A DNA stretch of 63,437 nucleotides, taken from positions 1 through 63,437 of the forward strand of contig JABDDE010000005.1 of the NCBI GenBank assembly GCA_013287775.1, in the 5' to 3' direction. This DNA comes from Chlamydiota bacterium. Its GTDB lineage: Bacteria > Chlamydiota > Chlamydiia > Chlamydiales > FEN-1388. Every line of letters starts with the position of its first letter. Within the stretch, counting starts at the first letter, position 1. Below the pieces are notes generated by a model, which made no database searches, was not told where the DNA came from, and was given only the letters and a program-made list of their open reading frames with translations. A program made the position numbers and the translations under genes. Positions 38,557-48,498 of the stretch are shown one piece after another.

Positions 38557-38795
38557 AATTTTATTTTCCTTATTCCCGTCGTATAGCAAATGGGAGGATT
38601 TTGGTAAATTTTTTTTTGTGTGGGAGCCGCGTGTGCGGCCCCCACACAAATGAGTTGGCACGCACCTAGTGTAAAAAAAATAATTTACAAAATAATCAAA
38701 AAATGTTTATATGAAGATATAAAGTAAAAATATAAAATTTGCTCATAGTGTAGAATCCAATTGGTTGTGCACTTAGAGTATAGAGGAGGTTTTTT

Positions 38796-39611
38796 ATGGG
38801 TCCATTAGGTGATATAGGTTTTAATGTCTTTAGACAAGCTGTAACTGCACTCGCACGAGGTTTTCATTATAGAAACCCGGAGGACATAGGGAACGCTGCA
38901 GCAAATGCAGTATCAGTAAACATAGTAGCGCAGAATACGTTATCGCCACGAGAAGCAGAATATAACCCAAACGTTCCAATACAAAATGCGGCACAAAATG
39001 CGCGTGATGCACTGCAATATGCACGAGAGGCGTTGGAGAATGCACACACTATGCCATTAACGCCAGAACGAAAGAGTCTAATGATCGCTAATGTTCAGGC
39101 CTTTGTAGCGCTAGCGAGACATGCACAATCGAGTGCAGCAGACGTACCCCTTGATGAAGGGGCTGTACCAAACAACGAAACAGGGACTATACTGCATGAT
39201 ACTGTACGTAATATAGATATCAACGTTCAGGAGACACAACGAATAGCCACCGAGATACTGCGCTCCATACCTACACAAGTAGTAGTACAAGCAAGTCAAC
39301 AGCAGCCGACACAAGCTCCGCTAGTAGCACTGCCCGCCACTCCAACTGTACAAGCATCATTAAACCAGATTACCAATCAACTCGCAAACATATCAAACAG
39401 AATACAGCAGATAGCAAACACAACCCCGGTATCATTACCTCGCGGGCCTAATGAAGGGGCTCCTGTAACCGACTTGGCAATGATCAATGAGCGACGCAGG
39501 CAGATGCACCTTGACCCACTGAACGAGCTACCAGCGTGGGCAATTGGAGGCCAAGTAAGGTCCTATATGGGGCAGATCGTATCTAGACCAGACAACCAGT
39601 ATAGAGGCTAG
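38796..39611 (+). CDS. Orphan Ala/Gln/Asn-rich protein, putative effector
   Basis: GAGGAGG RBS, AT-rich upstream region, 271-aa ORF. Confidence 0.7.
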   Translation: MGPLGDIGFNVFRQAVTALARGFHYRNPEDIGNAAANAVSVNIVAQNTLSPREAEYNPNVPIQNAAQNARDALQYAREALENAHTMPLTPERKSLMIANVQAFVALARHAQSSAADVPLDEGAVPNNETGTILHDTVRNIDINVQETQRIATEILRSIPTQVVVQASQQQPTQAPLVALPATPTVQASLNQITNQLANISNRIQQIANTTPVSLPRGPNEGAPVTDLAMINERRRQMHLDPLNELPAWAIGGQVRSYMGQIVSRPDNQYRG

Positions 39612-39666
39612 GCTCAAGTTATTCCCAAAATCTACACTGGCGATAGAATTGAACTCGTATCGCGAT

Positions 39667-40926
39667 CTACAGGCGCGCTACGAGTCCAAATATCCCCCCA
39701 CCCTCTCCGTACTGCATCTCCCCAGGAAGCACCATAACTGGCTCGCCATCAAGCTCAAGACCAAGTTCTGGGGCTATTTTTTCGAGAAGAGCTTCGTTTT
39801 CTTCTGGGAGAATGCTACAGGTGCTGTACCAAATCCGTCCACCGGGCGCAAGAAGCCGTGCAGCACTCTGTAGCAACCTGAATTGCTGCTGTGTGAGCTC
39901 ATTAATTGCCTGCTTTTGCAGCCGCCAGCGTGCTTCGGGGCATTTATAGAGGACGCCGCTATTACTACACGGTGCATCCACCACAATAAGATCAAATCGC
40001 TGCTCTAATTGTAGCTCTTGTAATTGGAGCTCTTCACCACGCCCACAATGCACTCTAGCAGCAATTCCATATTTTGTGAGGTTTTCTTGTAAAAGAGCCA
40101 CTTTTGCAGGTGAGACATCATTAGCAACCAGCATGCTTGTTGGGAAAAGATCATGAAGAAGCACTGTCTTTCCACCAGGGGCTGCACACATATCTAAAAT
40201 GGTTTTTGGTGGCTTTTCAAGGCGTTTTGCGCACTGCCATAGAAGATAGGGCTGCGTCTTGTTTTGAATGTAAAAAGAGGGCGATGCTGCGATAGCTCCA
40301 ATGGGAGCACTGCCCTCAAAGACATACATCTGCCCATCTTGTATGGCATCCTTCAAAAGAGCACGGGTTTCTGCATTGGGGTCACATCTTAGGCGCGCCA
40401 TGAATGGGCAAGGACGGTTTTCGGCCTGAAGAATCTTCTCGGCACGCGCTTGATCATAATGCTGCACGAGCTGCTCTACAAAAAAATCGGTATAGGAGTA
40501 GCGGTCAGCAAGGTTTTCAGGCACTTGGGCGTGTTCTCGATCAATATTTCGAAGCAGTCCATTTATAAAGCGAGCAAAATGGGGGCTTGCTGTTTCTTTA
40601 CTCAGCGCTACCATTTCATTGACAATAGCGTGAGGGGGCATTCTATCCAGGAAAAACCATTGATAGAGAGCGAGCCGCAAAAGCACCTTTTCAGCAAGTT
40701 TTGCGGGCAGTTTGTGGTTTGCTGTGACTCTTTTTGCCTGATAGTCTAAATAACGCTGCATCCGTAGGGTGCCACAAGCAAGCTCATAAGCGAGGTCGAC
40801 ATCCAGTTTTGAAGGCGCTGCATGTGCTTTCCAGCGTGTTATTGAATCGTCGATAAAGGTGTGAGTGCGCTCCCACGCCATCAGCGCATGAAATGCCGCC
40901 GCACGGGAGGATGTTTTTGACGCCAT
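39667..40926 (-). CDS. rsmB: 16S rRNA m5C methyltransferase (RsmB/Sun)
   Basis: NusB-like N-terminus, DMCAAPGGKT, DAPCS, YSTCS. Confidence 0.9.
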   Translation of the reverse strand: MASKTSSRAAAFHALMAWERTHTFIDDSITRWKAHAAPSKLDVDLAYELACGTLRMQRYLDYQAKRVTANHKLPAKLAEKVLLRLALYQWFFLDRMPPHAIVNEMVALSKETASPHFARFINGLLRNIDREHAQVPENLADRYSYTDFFVEQLVQHYDQARAEKILQAENRPCPFMARLRCDPNAETRALLKDAIQDGQMYVFEGSAPIGAIAASPSFYIQNKTQPYLLWQCAKRLEKPPKTILDMCAAPGGKTVLLHDLFPTSMLVANDVSPAKVALLQENLTKYGIAARVHCGRGEELQLQELQLEQRFDLIVVDAPCSNSGVLYKCPEARWRLQKQAINELTQQQFRLLQSAARLLAPGGRIWYSTCSILPEENEALLEKIAPELGLELDGEPVMVLPGEMQYGEGGGIFGLVARL

Positions 40927-40927
40927 A

Positions 40928-41222
40928 GGTTTCGCTGCTACCGCAGCTCTGTTTTTATTTATTCGCCTATAACCCCACGTTCCACGCAGGCTGTGCGCAT
41001 AGCGCACTGCCGCGTTTCACGCGGGGCTAACCCCACGTTCCGCTCGGCCCGCGCGCTAGCGCCGCGGCCTTCACTGCACGCGGGGCTAGAGCTGCATTTC
41101 GCCACTACCGTGGCTCGGTTCTGATTGGTTACAAAACCCCACGTTCCACGCAGGCTGTGCGCATAGCGCACTGCCGCGTTTCACGCGGGGCTAACCACTG
41201 ACCGCCGCTACCGCGGCGGGGC
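40928..41222. repeat. REP-A array (three clamp units)
   Basis: CCCCACGTTCC...CACGCGGGGCTA at about 40973, 41031 and 41137. Confidence 0.88.
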
Positions 41223-41311
41223 TCTACAGCGCAAAGTCGTCTTTAGACATCTTAGGCATGGCAGAATAAGCACAAATATAGTATACTCTTATTTAAATCA
41301 TTTATACAAGT

Positions 41312-42490
41312 ATGAATACGATACGTCTACCCATATATCTTTTGCTGCTCACCGTGGCAGGTCATTTTGCCATCGACTTCATGCTCAGTATCTGGCCTGT
41401 GTTTAAAACCATGGCAGGCGTCGATATTAAGGTCGCAGGCTTTATGGCTACCATTGCCGTCGCAGGCGGCGAGATGATGCAGCTCTTCTTTGGCAAGCTC
41501 ATCGATAAAGGCTACCAAAAACCCCTCCTCTTCGTCGCACCCCTCCTGGGAAGTGTCGCTTTTTTCTTCCCCTATGTAGAAACACCCACCACCTTTTTCC
41601 TCTTTTTATTGCTCACCTGCCTTGGCTCCGCAGCCTTTCATCCCACAGCAGCAAGCATTGTAGGCTCCATCCAAGAGAGACGTGGCTTGTTCTTAGGCCT
41701 CTTTCAGACCGCAGGTATGGTTGGAATGGGGATTGGCCCCCTCTTTTTCGTTACCACCCATAACCTCCTCGATGGCCATACTGCTGTCCTGGCAGCGATT
41801 CCCCTACTCGTTGCCCTTGCCGTCCTGTATATTCCCCAAAAAGAGCACTCTGCCCTTGCAGTTAAGCCTGAGCATGCCTCACTCAGACTCGTTCTCAAAC
41901 TCTTCCAAATTCCTGAGCTGCGTGCACTCTATTTCATCCAGCTTACCACACAAGCAATAGGCTGGTCGGTGATATTTCTTCTACCCGACTTCTTAACCTC
42001 CAGGCAATATCCCGAATGGATGGCCCTTGGTGGTGGCCAGGCAGCCTTTACCCTTGGTGCTGCTGCTAGCTGTTGCCCTATGGGCTACTTAGGCGACCGC
42101 TTTTCTCCTCCCAAGGTAATCTTTGCCTCCTGCCTCATGATGATAGCAAGCCTCTATGCCATGCTCCTGGCCCCAAATGACATGATAAGCACCACCCTCA
42201 TTTTGCTGTTTTGTACCGGATGGTCCTTTGGAGGCCTCACCCCACTGGCCTTGAGCTCAGGAAGCGACTATGCCCCTAATAATCGCGGCCTTGTATCTGC
42301 CTTTTTACTTGGCCTCGTGTGGGTTGCTGCTGAAGCAATTGGCATCGGTGGCGGCAGCTTCCTTGCAAGCTCTTTTGAAACCGAAGGCCCAACCCTTGCA
42401 CTTATGTGGCTTGGCAGCCTCCTTTGCGTTGGCTGCATTTTTGCCTGGAAACTCATCGCAAGCCCTCAAAAAATACCCGAGGAATTATAA
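41312..42490 (+). CDS. MFS transporter (Fsr-like)
   Basis: About 12 TM; GSAAFHP and GYLGDRF motifs. Confidence 0.85.
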   Translation: MNTIRLPIYLLLLTVAGHFAIDFMLSIWPVFKTMAGVDIKVAGFMATIAVAGGEMMQLFFGKLIDKGYQKPLLFVAPLLGSVAFFFPYVETPTTFFLFLLLTCLGSAAFHPTAASIVGSIQERRGLFLGLFQTAGMVGMGIGPLFFVTTHNLLDGHTAVLAAIPLLVALAVLYIPQKEHSALAVKPEHASLRLVLKLFQIPELRALYFIQLTTQAIGWSVIFLLPDFLTSRQYPEWMALGGGQAAFTLGAAASCCPMGYLGDRFSPPKVIFASCLMMIASLYAMLLAPNDMISTTLILLFCTGWSFGGLTPLALSSGSDYAPNNRGLVSAFLLGLVWVAAEAIGIGGGSFLASSFETEGPTLALMWLGSLLCVGCIFAWKLIASPQKIPEEL

Positions 42491-42491
42491 C

Positions 42492-43853
42492 ATGAACAAA
42501 CTTTTATTTTTATTTTTGATCCTTTACACCCCACTCTTCACTGAAGAGCTTGTGGTGACACTACGAACCGAGGCAGACCTTTTACCTACCTATCTAGGAA
42601 AAATCGAAAGCAAGAAGAGTGATTTTTCTGGTGAATACCTACATGCGCTCTCACAGGTACTCGAATATGATCTTGCCAATAATGGTGCCCTCACGCTGAT
42701 CTCAGACAATGATAAACGCGCATTTCGTGCAGTAATCAATCAAGAAAGTTATGATAGTGACGTAAGCTTTCACCGCTGCAAGGAAGCCAAGATGATCTAC
42801 TGGATCAAATTGAAAAATGAGGGAAAGGCGCTGAGCTGCAAAATCATTTCAGTGCCAGAGCAAAATAGCACGACGATTGTTGGCCTTATGCTCAGCGGCG
42901 ACATTGCGAAAGACAGAAGAATGATACACACGCTTCATGATAGGATACATGAGGTGCTCTTCCAAAAACCAGGAATTGCCTCAACCCGTATTCTCTACAC
43001 GCTAAGAAGTAGCCCTACTCACTCAGAAATTTATGAAGCAGATTGGGATGGCTACAATATAAAGCAGCTTACCCACGAGAAGAACTACATCGTTACCCCT
43101 GTTTTTGCGCCGCAGGGAACTCTAGTCTATGTCTCTTATAAGATTGGCCAGCCGAAGATTTACTATGCTACCCTACACGATGGCAAGTCAAAACGCCTGA
43201 CACCGCTTAAGGGCAATCAAATGACCCCACAAGTGTCTCTCGATGGAAGCCGTGTTGCGTTTGCATGCGATACTACAGGCACCTCAGATATCTTTATACA
43301 AGACTTTCACCCCGTTACGGGGTCATTAAGTAAGCCGCGTCAAATTTTTGCCTCAAAAGGTGCGACCTCGGCATCACCTGTCTTTTCCCCAGATGCAAGT
43401 CGTATCGCCTTCGTATCCAATAAAGATGGCTCTCCAAAAATTTATGTTATGGATGTCCCCAAAGAAGGCGCCTCCATAAAGCAGCTGAAGCCCCAGCTTA
43501 TTTCAAAAAAGATGCGTGAAAATAGTGCCCCTAGCTGGTCTCCTGATGGCAAAAAAATTGCCTATAGCGCAAAAGCACAAGGCAATCGTCAGATTTGGGT
43601 GTATGATATAGAGACGCAAAGCGAGACACAGCTTACCAATGGAACAGGTGATAAGGAAAATCCTGTTTGGGCATCAAATAGCCTTCACCTCCTTTTTAAC
43701 GCAACCACTGGCAAGGAGACTGAGCTTTTCGTGATAAACATACATCAGAAGAAAGCAGTGCAAATTACCCATGGCAGTGGAGAAAAACGATTCCCCTATT
43801 GGGAAAAATCTGATAAAATAATGCCACTACCCCTCGCAAGCTCGGGGCAGTAA
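42492..43853 (+). CDS. tolB: Tol-Pal protein TolB
   Basis: PD40 repeats (SPVFSPD, PSWSPDG); upstream of pal. Confidence 0.9.
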   Translation: MNKLLFLFLILYTPLFTEELVVTLRTEADLLPTYLGKIESKKSDFSGEYLHALSQVLEYDLANNGALTLISDNDKRAFRAVINQESYDSDVSFHRCKEAKMIYWIKLKNEGKALSCKIISVPEQNSTTIVGLMLSGDIAKDRRMIHTLHDRIHEVLFQKPGIASTRILYTLRSSPTHSEIYEADWDGYNIKQLTHEKNYIVTPVFAPQGTLVYVSYKIGQPKIYYATLHDGKSKRLTPLKGNQMTPQVSLDGSRVAFACDTTGTSDIFIQDFHPVTGSLSKPRQIFASKGATSASPVFSPDASRIAFVSNKDGSPKIYVMDVPKEGASIKQLKPQLISKKMRENSAPSWSPDGKKIAYSAKAQGNRQIWVYDIETQSETQLTNGTGDKENPVWASNSLHLLFNATTGKETELFVINIHQKKAVQITHGSGEKRFPYWEKSDKIMPLPLASSGQ

Positions 43854-43923
43854 CATCATTATAATTTACTCAAGGCGATATGCTTCAACGAAGCCTCAAG
43901 CCCGAAACTGTAAAAGGAGTATT

Positions 43924-44637
43924 ATGCGTACATATATATTAGCAACAACATGTCTTGCTATGAGCCTTACTATGTCTTGTCGACGATCCTCAGACGAGGT
44001 ATGGCGTGATACAAAATCTGCTGGCAGACATGTGAAACGAGGTGTGGGCACACTGGGAGGCAAACATGGAGAGTCCCGTGCGGTTGTCTCAGATGAAGAA
44101 TTCTATGGTGCAAAGCCACAAGCCAAAAACGAGGAATTTATTGCCCTCAGTGATGATGCTGACGCACCTACCCTCACAGTCACACAAGCTCCAGTGCCTC
44201 AGCCAAAAGAGACTCCAGGCGAGCTTGGAAGTACCATTCCTGGTATTGATGCTTTTAAAGATCCAAGTGAAATTCCAGAACTTGCATCGCTCTTTCAGCA
44301 CATTCACTTTGAATACAATAGCAGTCTTGTGAAAAGTGATGAAAACCTTGCCACTATGCAAAAAATTGCCACCTACATGAAATCGCACCCAACGCTCTAC
44401 ATATTCGTTGAAGGGCACTGCGATAAGCGTGGCCCTGCTGCCTTTAACTATGCACTCGGCGCCAATAGAAGCAATACCGTGCGCAGTTTCCTTATAAATG
44501 AGGGTGTCTCACCTGATCAGCTCTTTACGGTATCTTACGGCAAAGATCGCCCCCTTGTAGAGGGAGACTCCGAAGAGTTTTATCAGCTCAACCGCCGCGC
44601 TCAGTTTCGCGTGTATGAGAAGCCACAGCACGGATAA
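43924..44637 (+). CDS. pal: Peptidoglycan-associated lipoprotein
   Basis: Lipobox Cys, EGHCDKRG, VSYGK, NRR. Confidence 0.92.
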   Translation: MRTYILATTCLAMSLTMSCRRSSDEVWRDTKSAGRHVKRGVGTLGGKHGESRAVVSDEEFYGAKPQAKNEEFIALSDDADAPTLTVTQAPVPQPKETPGELGSTIPGIDAFKDPSEIPELASLFQHIHFEYNSSLVKSDENLATMQKIATYMKSHPTLYIFVEGHCDKRGPAAFNYALGANRSNTVRSFLINEGVSPDQLFTVSYGKDRPLVEGDSEEFYQLNRRAQFRVYEKPQHG

Positions 44638-44676
44638 CGTATGTCATGATCTGTCTCCCTGCGGGAGACTGATCAT

Positions 44677-44736
44677 GAAAATGTGAGGCAAGAAAACGTG
44701 AGGCAAGAAAACGTGAGGCAAGAAAACGTGAGGCAA
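44677..44736. repeat. 15-bp tandem repeat x4
   Basis: GAAAA(C/T)GTGAGGCAA. Confidence 0.95.
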
Positions 44737-44741
44737 GAAAA

Positions 44742-45392
44742 ATGTTTATTTACTTTTCAAAAAATTTGTTTATATTAGCTTTACTGTCTTTCGCCCCTGT
44801 ACTTTTCTATGGGGACGAGGCACAAAACGCAGCTCTTCGCAAGGTGGCCCACACCCAACAGAATCACGAGACAGAAATTAGCACCATCCATCAAAAAATG
44901 CAAACTATCGATAGTTCTATCGATGCTCTCCGAGAAGAGCTTACCGCCCTTATCCAGGCAACTAAAACAGTGACGGCCGATGGTATACAAGGCACAGAAA
45001 AAAAAGCAAAATCACTCGAGGCCTCTATAGAAAAATGCGTGCGCGATACGCACCTTCTTAAAGATCGAACCAATGAATTAGTAGAATGCGTACAGTCATT
45101 TAAAAAAATGGCTGAGAGTGCTGTAGAGAGCACAAAAGTACACGCCAAACAAATACAAGATCTTGAAAGCGCTATGCGCTCCTTAGTGAAGGCCATTGAC
45201 AAAGCAGCCTGTAGATGTTGTAGCACAGCGAGCGGTGCGAAATGCTCAGGCCCTGCTATCTATCGTGTCCAATCAGGCGATAGCCTTGGCAAAATTGCTA
45301 AAGAGCAGCATAGCAGTATTTCCGCAATCAAAGAAGCTAATAACCTGCGCTCCGATACCATTGTTCCTGGCCAAGAGCTGCAAATCCCATGA
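44742..45392 (+). CDS. Coiled-coil LysM-domain protein
   Basis: YRVQSGDSLGKIA...PGQELQIP. Confidence 0.88.
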   Translation: MFIYFSKNLFILALLSFAPVLFYGDEAQNAALRKVAHTQQNHETEISTIHQKMQTIDSSIDALREELTALIQATKTVTADGIQGTEKKAKSLEASIEKCVRDTHLLKDRTNELVECVQSFKKMAESAVESTKVHAKQIQDLESAMRSLVKAIDKAACRCCSTASGAKCSGPAIYRVQSGDSLGKIAKEQHSSISAIKEANNLRSDTIVPGQELQIP

Positions 45393-46213
45393 CCTTACGA
45401 ATTGGCATGTTTGATTCAGGAGTAGGTGGCCTGACAGTACTCTCTGAAGTAAAACACCTTCTTCCTCATAACTCTTTTTTCTACTTCGGCGATACAGCTC
45501 GCTGTCCTTATGGAGGAAAGAGTAAAAGCACGATCACTCGATACAGTCTTGAAAATAGCGCATTTTTGCACACTCTCGGCATTGATCTCCTCATTATTGC
45601 TTGCCACACAGCTTCCGCACTGGCCATTGATGCAGTGCAACAACAGCTTTCTATTCCCATCCTGGGCGTTATCGAGCCCGCGATTACTTGCGCCTTGCAG
45701 GCCACACGCACAGGCCATATTGGGGTTATTGGGACAAAGGCAACCATTGCCTCTCAGGTGTATGAGCAGAAGCTCAAGGCGGCGCATCCAGGTATTACTG
45801 TTACCTCACTTGCCTGCCCTCTTTTTGTGCCTCTTGTGGAAGAGCAGTTTCCCAATACGGAAATTATACGACTTGTCGTACAGGAGTATCTGCAACCCCT
45901 TAAAAACAAAAAAATAGACACGCTGCTTCTTGGCTGTACACACTATCCCTTGCTGCGGCCTTATATTGCAGAAGAAATGGGACCTGAGGTGTCGATCATT
46001 AATCCTGCTACCACCTGCGCTCAAGCGGCTCATACCCTCTGCCAGCAGCTTACACCGCACTCAAATGAGCCCTTGGAAGATCGTTTCTTTGTCTCTGATG
46101 ATCCTGAACGTTTTCGCCATATCGGCGAGCATTTCTTGGGCTATCAGGTAATACCATTAATACCATCAATACCATGTACAAATTTTCCTGACGGAAAATT
46201 GCACATGGTATAA
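45389..46213 (+). CDS. murI: Glutamate racemase
   Basis: FDSGVGGLTV, ACHTAS, LGCTHYP. Confidence 0.95.
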   Translation: MTLRIGMFDSGVGGLTVLSEVKHLLPHNSFFYFGDTARCPYGGKSKSTITRYSLENSAFLHTLGIDLLIIACHTASALAIDAVQQQLSIPILGVIEPAITCALQATRTGHIGVIGTKATIASQVYEQKLKAAHPGITVTSLACPLFVPLVEEQFPNTEIIRLVVQEYLQPLKNKKIDTLLLGCTHYPLLRPYIAEEMGPEVSIINPATTCAQAAHTLCQQLTPHSNEPLEDRFFVSDDPERFRHIGEHFLGYQVIPLIPSIPCTNFPDGKLHMV

Positions 46214-46353
46214 AAAAGTTCTATCACTTCTCTTTTTTCTCTCTCTATTAATTAAAAATAAATTTTTTTGTTGCTTTTTTTATTGCTTATGGTAAAATGA
46301 GATTAAATATGTAAGTGTATGTTTTGTTAAAAATATATTTTTTGGAGGTTATT

Positions 46354-46749
46354 ATGTCGCTAACAAGTGATTATTTAATGCAACCTGGCATGGGTCCGGA
46401 AGGAGCCAGGCCAGCCAATGCTTTACAATTCGAACTCGGGGCCAATGCAAATGAGATATTACAAGCCTTATTTGCTGCAATCCATGATAGTAGATCTAAT
46501 CCATTGACGAGAACAGCGCAACTCACTGGAGGCACAGAATTAGCGGAAGCAACCAATCATATTGCACTGGCAACCCTGTCAGATATTTACGATATTTTAG
46601 ACCAGCGTTGTACTAACGATGAAACAGCGCGATCAGAGCGCACTGATCAAACATGGAATCAGAGCGAAGAGATCAATGAGCTACTACGGGCTGGATTTGC
46701 TGAAATTATAGCGAAGCGACAAAAACAACAACGCTCCGGATCTCTATAA
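46354..46749 (+). CDS. Orphan hypothetical protein
   Basis: GGAGG RBS after an AT-rich promoter region. Confidence 0.6.
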   Translation: MSLTSDYLMQPGMGPEGARPANALQFELGANANEILQALFAAIHDSRSNPLTRTAQLTGGTELAEATNHIALATLSDIYDILDQRCTNDETARSERTDQTWNQSEEINELLRAGFAEIIAKRQKQQRSGSL

Positions 46750-46777
46750 CCCCCCCCAAAAAAAATTGCTCCTTTTT

Positions 46778-47782
46778 CTATCCCTGCTGTCCCGTCAGGG
46801 ACAGTAGGGATAGTACTAGCTCTCGACACCCCTGCCCTGTCTCGGCAGAAATCACATGAGTGACCTGTGTGTATCGTGGGAAGACTTCTGTAAAGGCTGC
46901 AATATGCGGAGCTGCCTCTTCGGCAAGGTCGCATTTGTTTAATGCGATCAGCATGGGCTTGTCAAGAAGCGATGAATCATAGGCTTTAAGCTCATGCTGG
47001 AGCGCGCTAAAGTCATCACACGGGTTCCTGCCATCATAGCCTGCGATGTCAATAACATAGAGAAGTACCTTGGTGCGCTCAATATGGCGCAAAAAGTCAA
47101 GGCCAAGGCCACGATTTTGATGTGCGCCTTCAATAATACCAGGAATATCGGCAATACAGATGCTGTGGAGTTCATCTATGCTGACATACCCAAGATTTGG
47201 CTGTAGTGTGGTAAAAGGATAGGCCCCTACCTTCACATTGGCACGGCTAAGCTGCTGCAGTAATCTTGACTTACCAGCATTGGGAAAGCCCACAAGACCA
47301 ACGTCTGCAATTAATCGCAGCTCGAGCTGGATTTGGCGCGTCTCCCCAGGCGTCCCCTTTGTGGCAATATTGGGTGCTCTATTTGTAGAGGTTCGAAAAG
47401 CATGATTGCCTTTGCCGCCTCTGCCGCCCTTACATACGGTGAACGCCTCACCATCTTTTGTAAAGTCGTAGAGAAGCTCCTGTGTTTCCCCATCTGTTAA
47501 CAGCGTCCCAGCAGGAATTTTTACAATAAGATCTTGCCCGTTTCTGCCCTGCTTACAGGCAGAACCACCTGCCTTGCCATCTTCAGCACGAACAGTGTGC
47601 TTATAGGCAAACCAATCCAAAGAATATACGTTGTGATCAGCTTGAAAAATGATAGAGCCGCCCTTGCCACCATTACCGCCAGCAGGACCACCCTTAGGAA
47701 TATACTTCTCGCGCCTCCAGGCAATAACGCCTGGACCGCCGTCGCCAGCTATGCAAAGCGCATTCACACGATCTATAAACAT
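46778..47782 (-). CDS. obgE: GTPase ObgE/CgtA
   Basis: Gly-rich Obg domain, GFPNAGKS, DIPG, NKCD. Confidence 0.96.
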   Translation of the reverse strand: MFIDRVNALCIAGDGGPGVIAWRREKYIPKGGPAGGNGGKGGSIIFQADHNVYSLDWFAYKHTVRAEDGKAGGSACKQGRNGQDLIVKIPAGTLLTDGETQELLYDFTKDGEAFTVCKGGRGGKGNHAFRTSTNRAPNIATKGTPGETRQIQLELRLIADVGLVGFPNAGKSRLLQQLSRANVKVGAYPFTTLQPNLGYVSIDELHSICIADIPGIIEGAHQNRGLGLDFLRHIERTKVLLYVIDIAGYDGRNPCDDFSALQHELKAYDSSLLDKPMLIALNKCDLAEEAAPHIAAFTEVFPRYTQVTHVISAETGQGCRELVLSLLSLTGQQG

Positions 47783-48047
47783 GTATTTAGTGGTCGATCC
47801 CCTTTGAGGCACCTGCTCACGCAGATGCCTCAGGGGACCGACCACTAAAAAATAGTAACTTTATGATCGATCTCCCGTAGAGGAATTATTCTTTTCGAAA
47901 ATTATGTTATTTGCCTTGCCCGAAGGGCAAGAACTGCAACAGCCCGGGACAACGCCCTTCCATATAACAGATGCAATCCCGTGTTATTTGTAGATAGGTG
48001 CTGCGATGCAGCGGGAGAACTAGGTACGAAATTTTACATCACGTGTT

Positions 48048-48211
48048 GAGGTACTTGCAAAATTCCGACTTGGGCCAAAATTCGCGCTTTTGTCGCTGGG
48101 CAAAAACCTTTTGCAAACCGCCTACTCGAGAGAGTATGTCGATTTGCAAAAGGTTTTCCCCATCACCAAAATCATCAAATTTTGTTTCCAACGGAATTTT
48201 GCAAGCACCTC
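48048..48211. mobile_element. 164-bp MITE, copy 2, inserted in a hairpin
   Basis: Same TIRs as 11006; removal restores a perfect 19-bp palindrome. Confidence 0.85.
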
Positions 48212-48240
48212 ATTTTTCACAGAAAAATAACACGTGATGT

Positions 48241-48495
48241 TTACACTTCTACAGGTGCAATTGAAATATATGTACGCGCAGCTTTTTTGAAAGCAACAAA
48301 GCCATCCTTCAGCGCAAAAAGAGAATCATCTTTTGCTCGCTGCACATTTTTGCCTGGATGCCATTTTGTTCCTCGCTGCCGTGCTAAAATACTACCCGCA
48401 GTGACAAATTCACCCGATGCAGCTTTAATGCCAAGCCGCTGTGAGTGTGAGTCACGCCCGTTGCGCGTCGATCCCTGTCCTTTTTTATGTGCCAT
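48241..48495 (-). CDS. rpmA: 50S ribosomal protein L27
   Basis: [16 protein letters not shown]. Confidence 0.98.
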   Translation of the reverse strand: MAHKKGQGSTRNGRDSHSQRLGIKAASGEFVTAGSILARQRGTKWHPGKNVQRAKDDSLFALKDGFVAFKKAARTYISIAPVEV

Positions 48496-48498
48496 TGT

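Noticed and set aside
40928-41222. CRISPR-like repeat/spacer pattern in REP arrays (also 20137-20290)
   Set aside because: Inserts are self-palindromic and recur, spacing is irregular, and no cas genes are present
42270-42491. N-terminal extension of TolB
   Set aside because: Overlaps the MFS gene; the signal peptide begins at 42492
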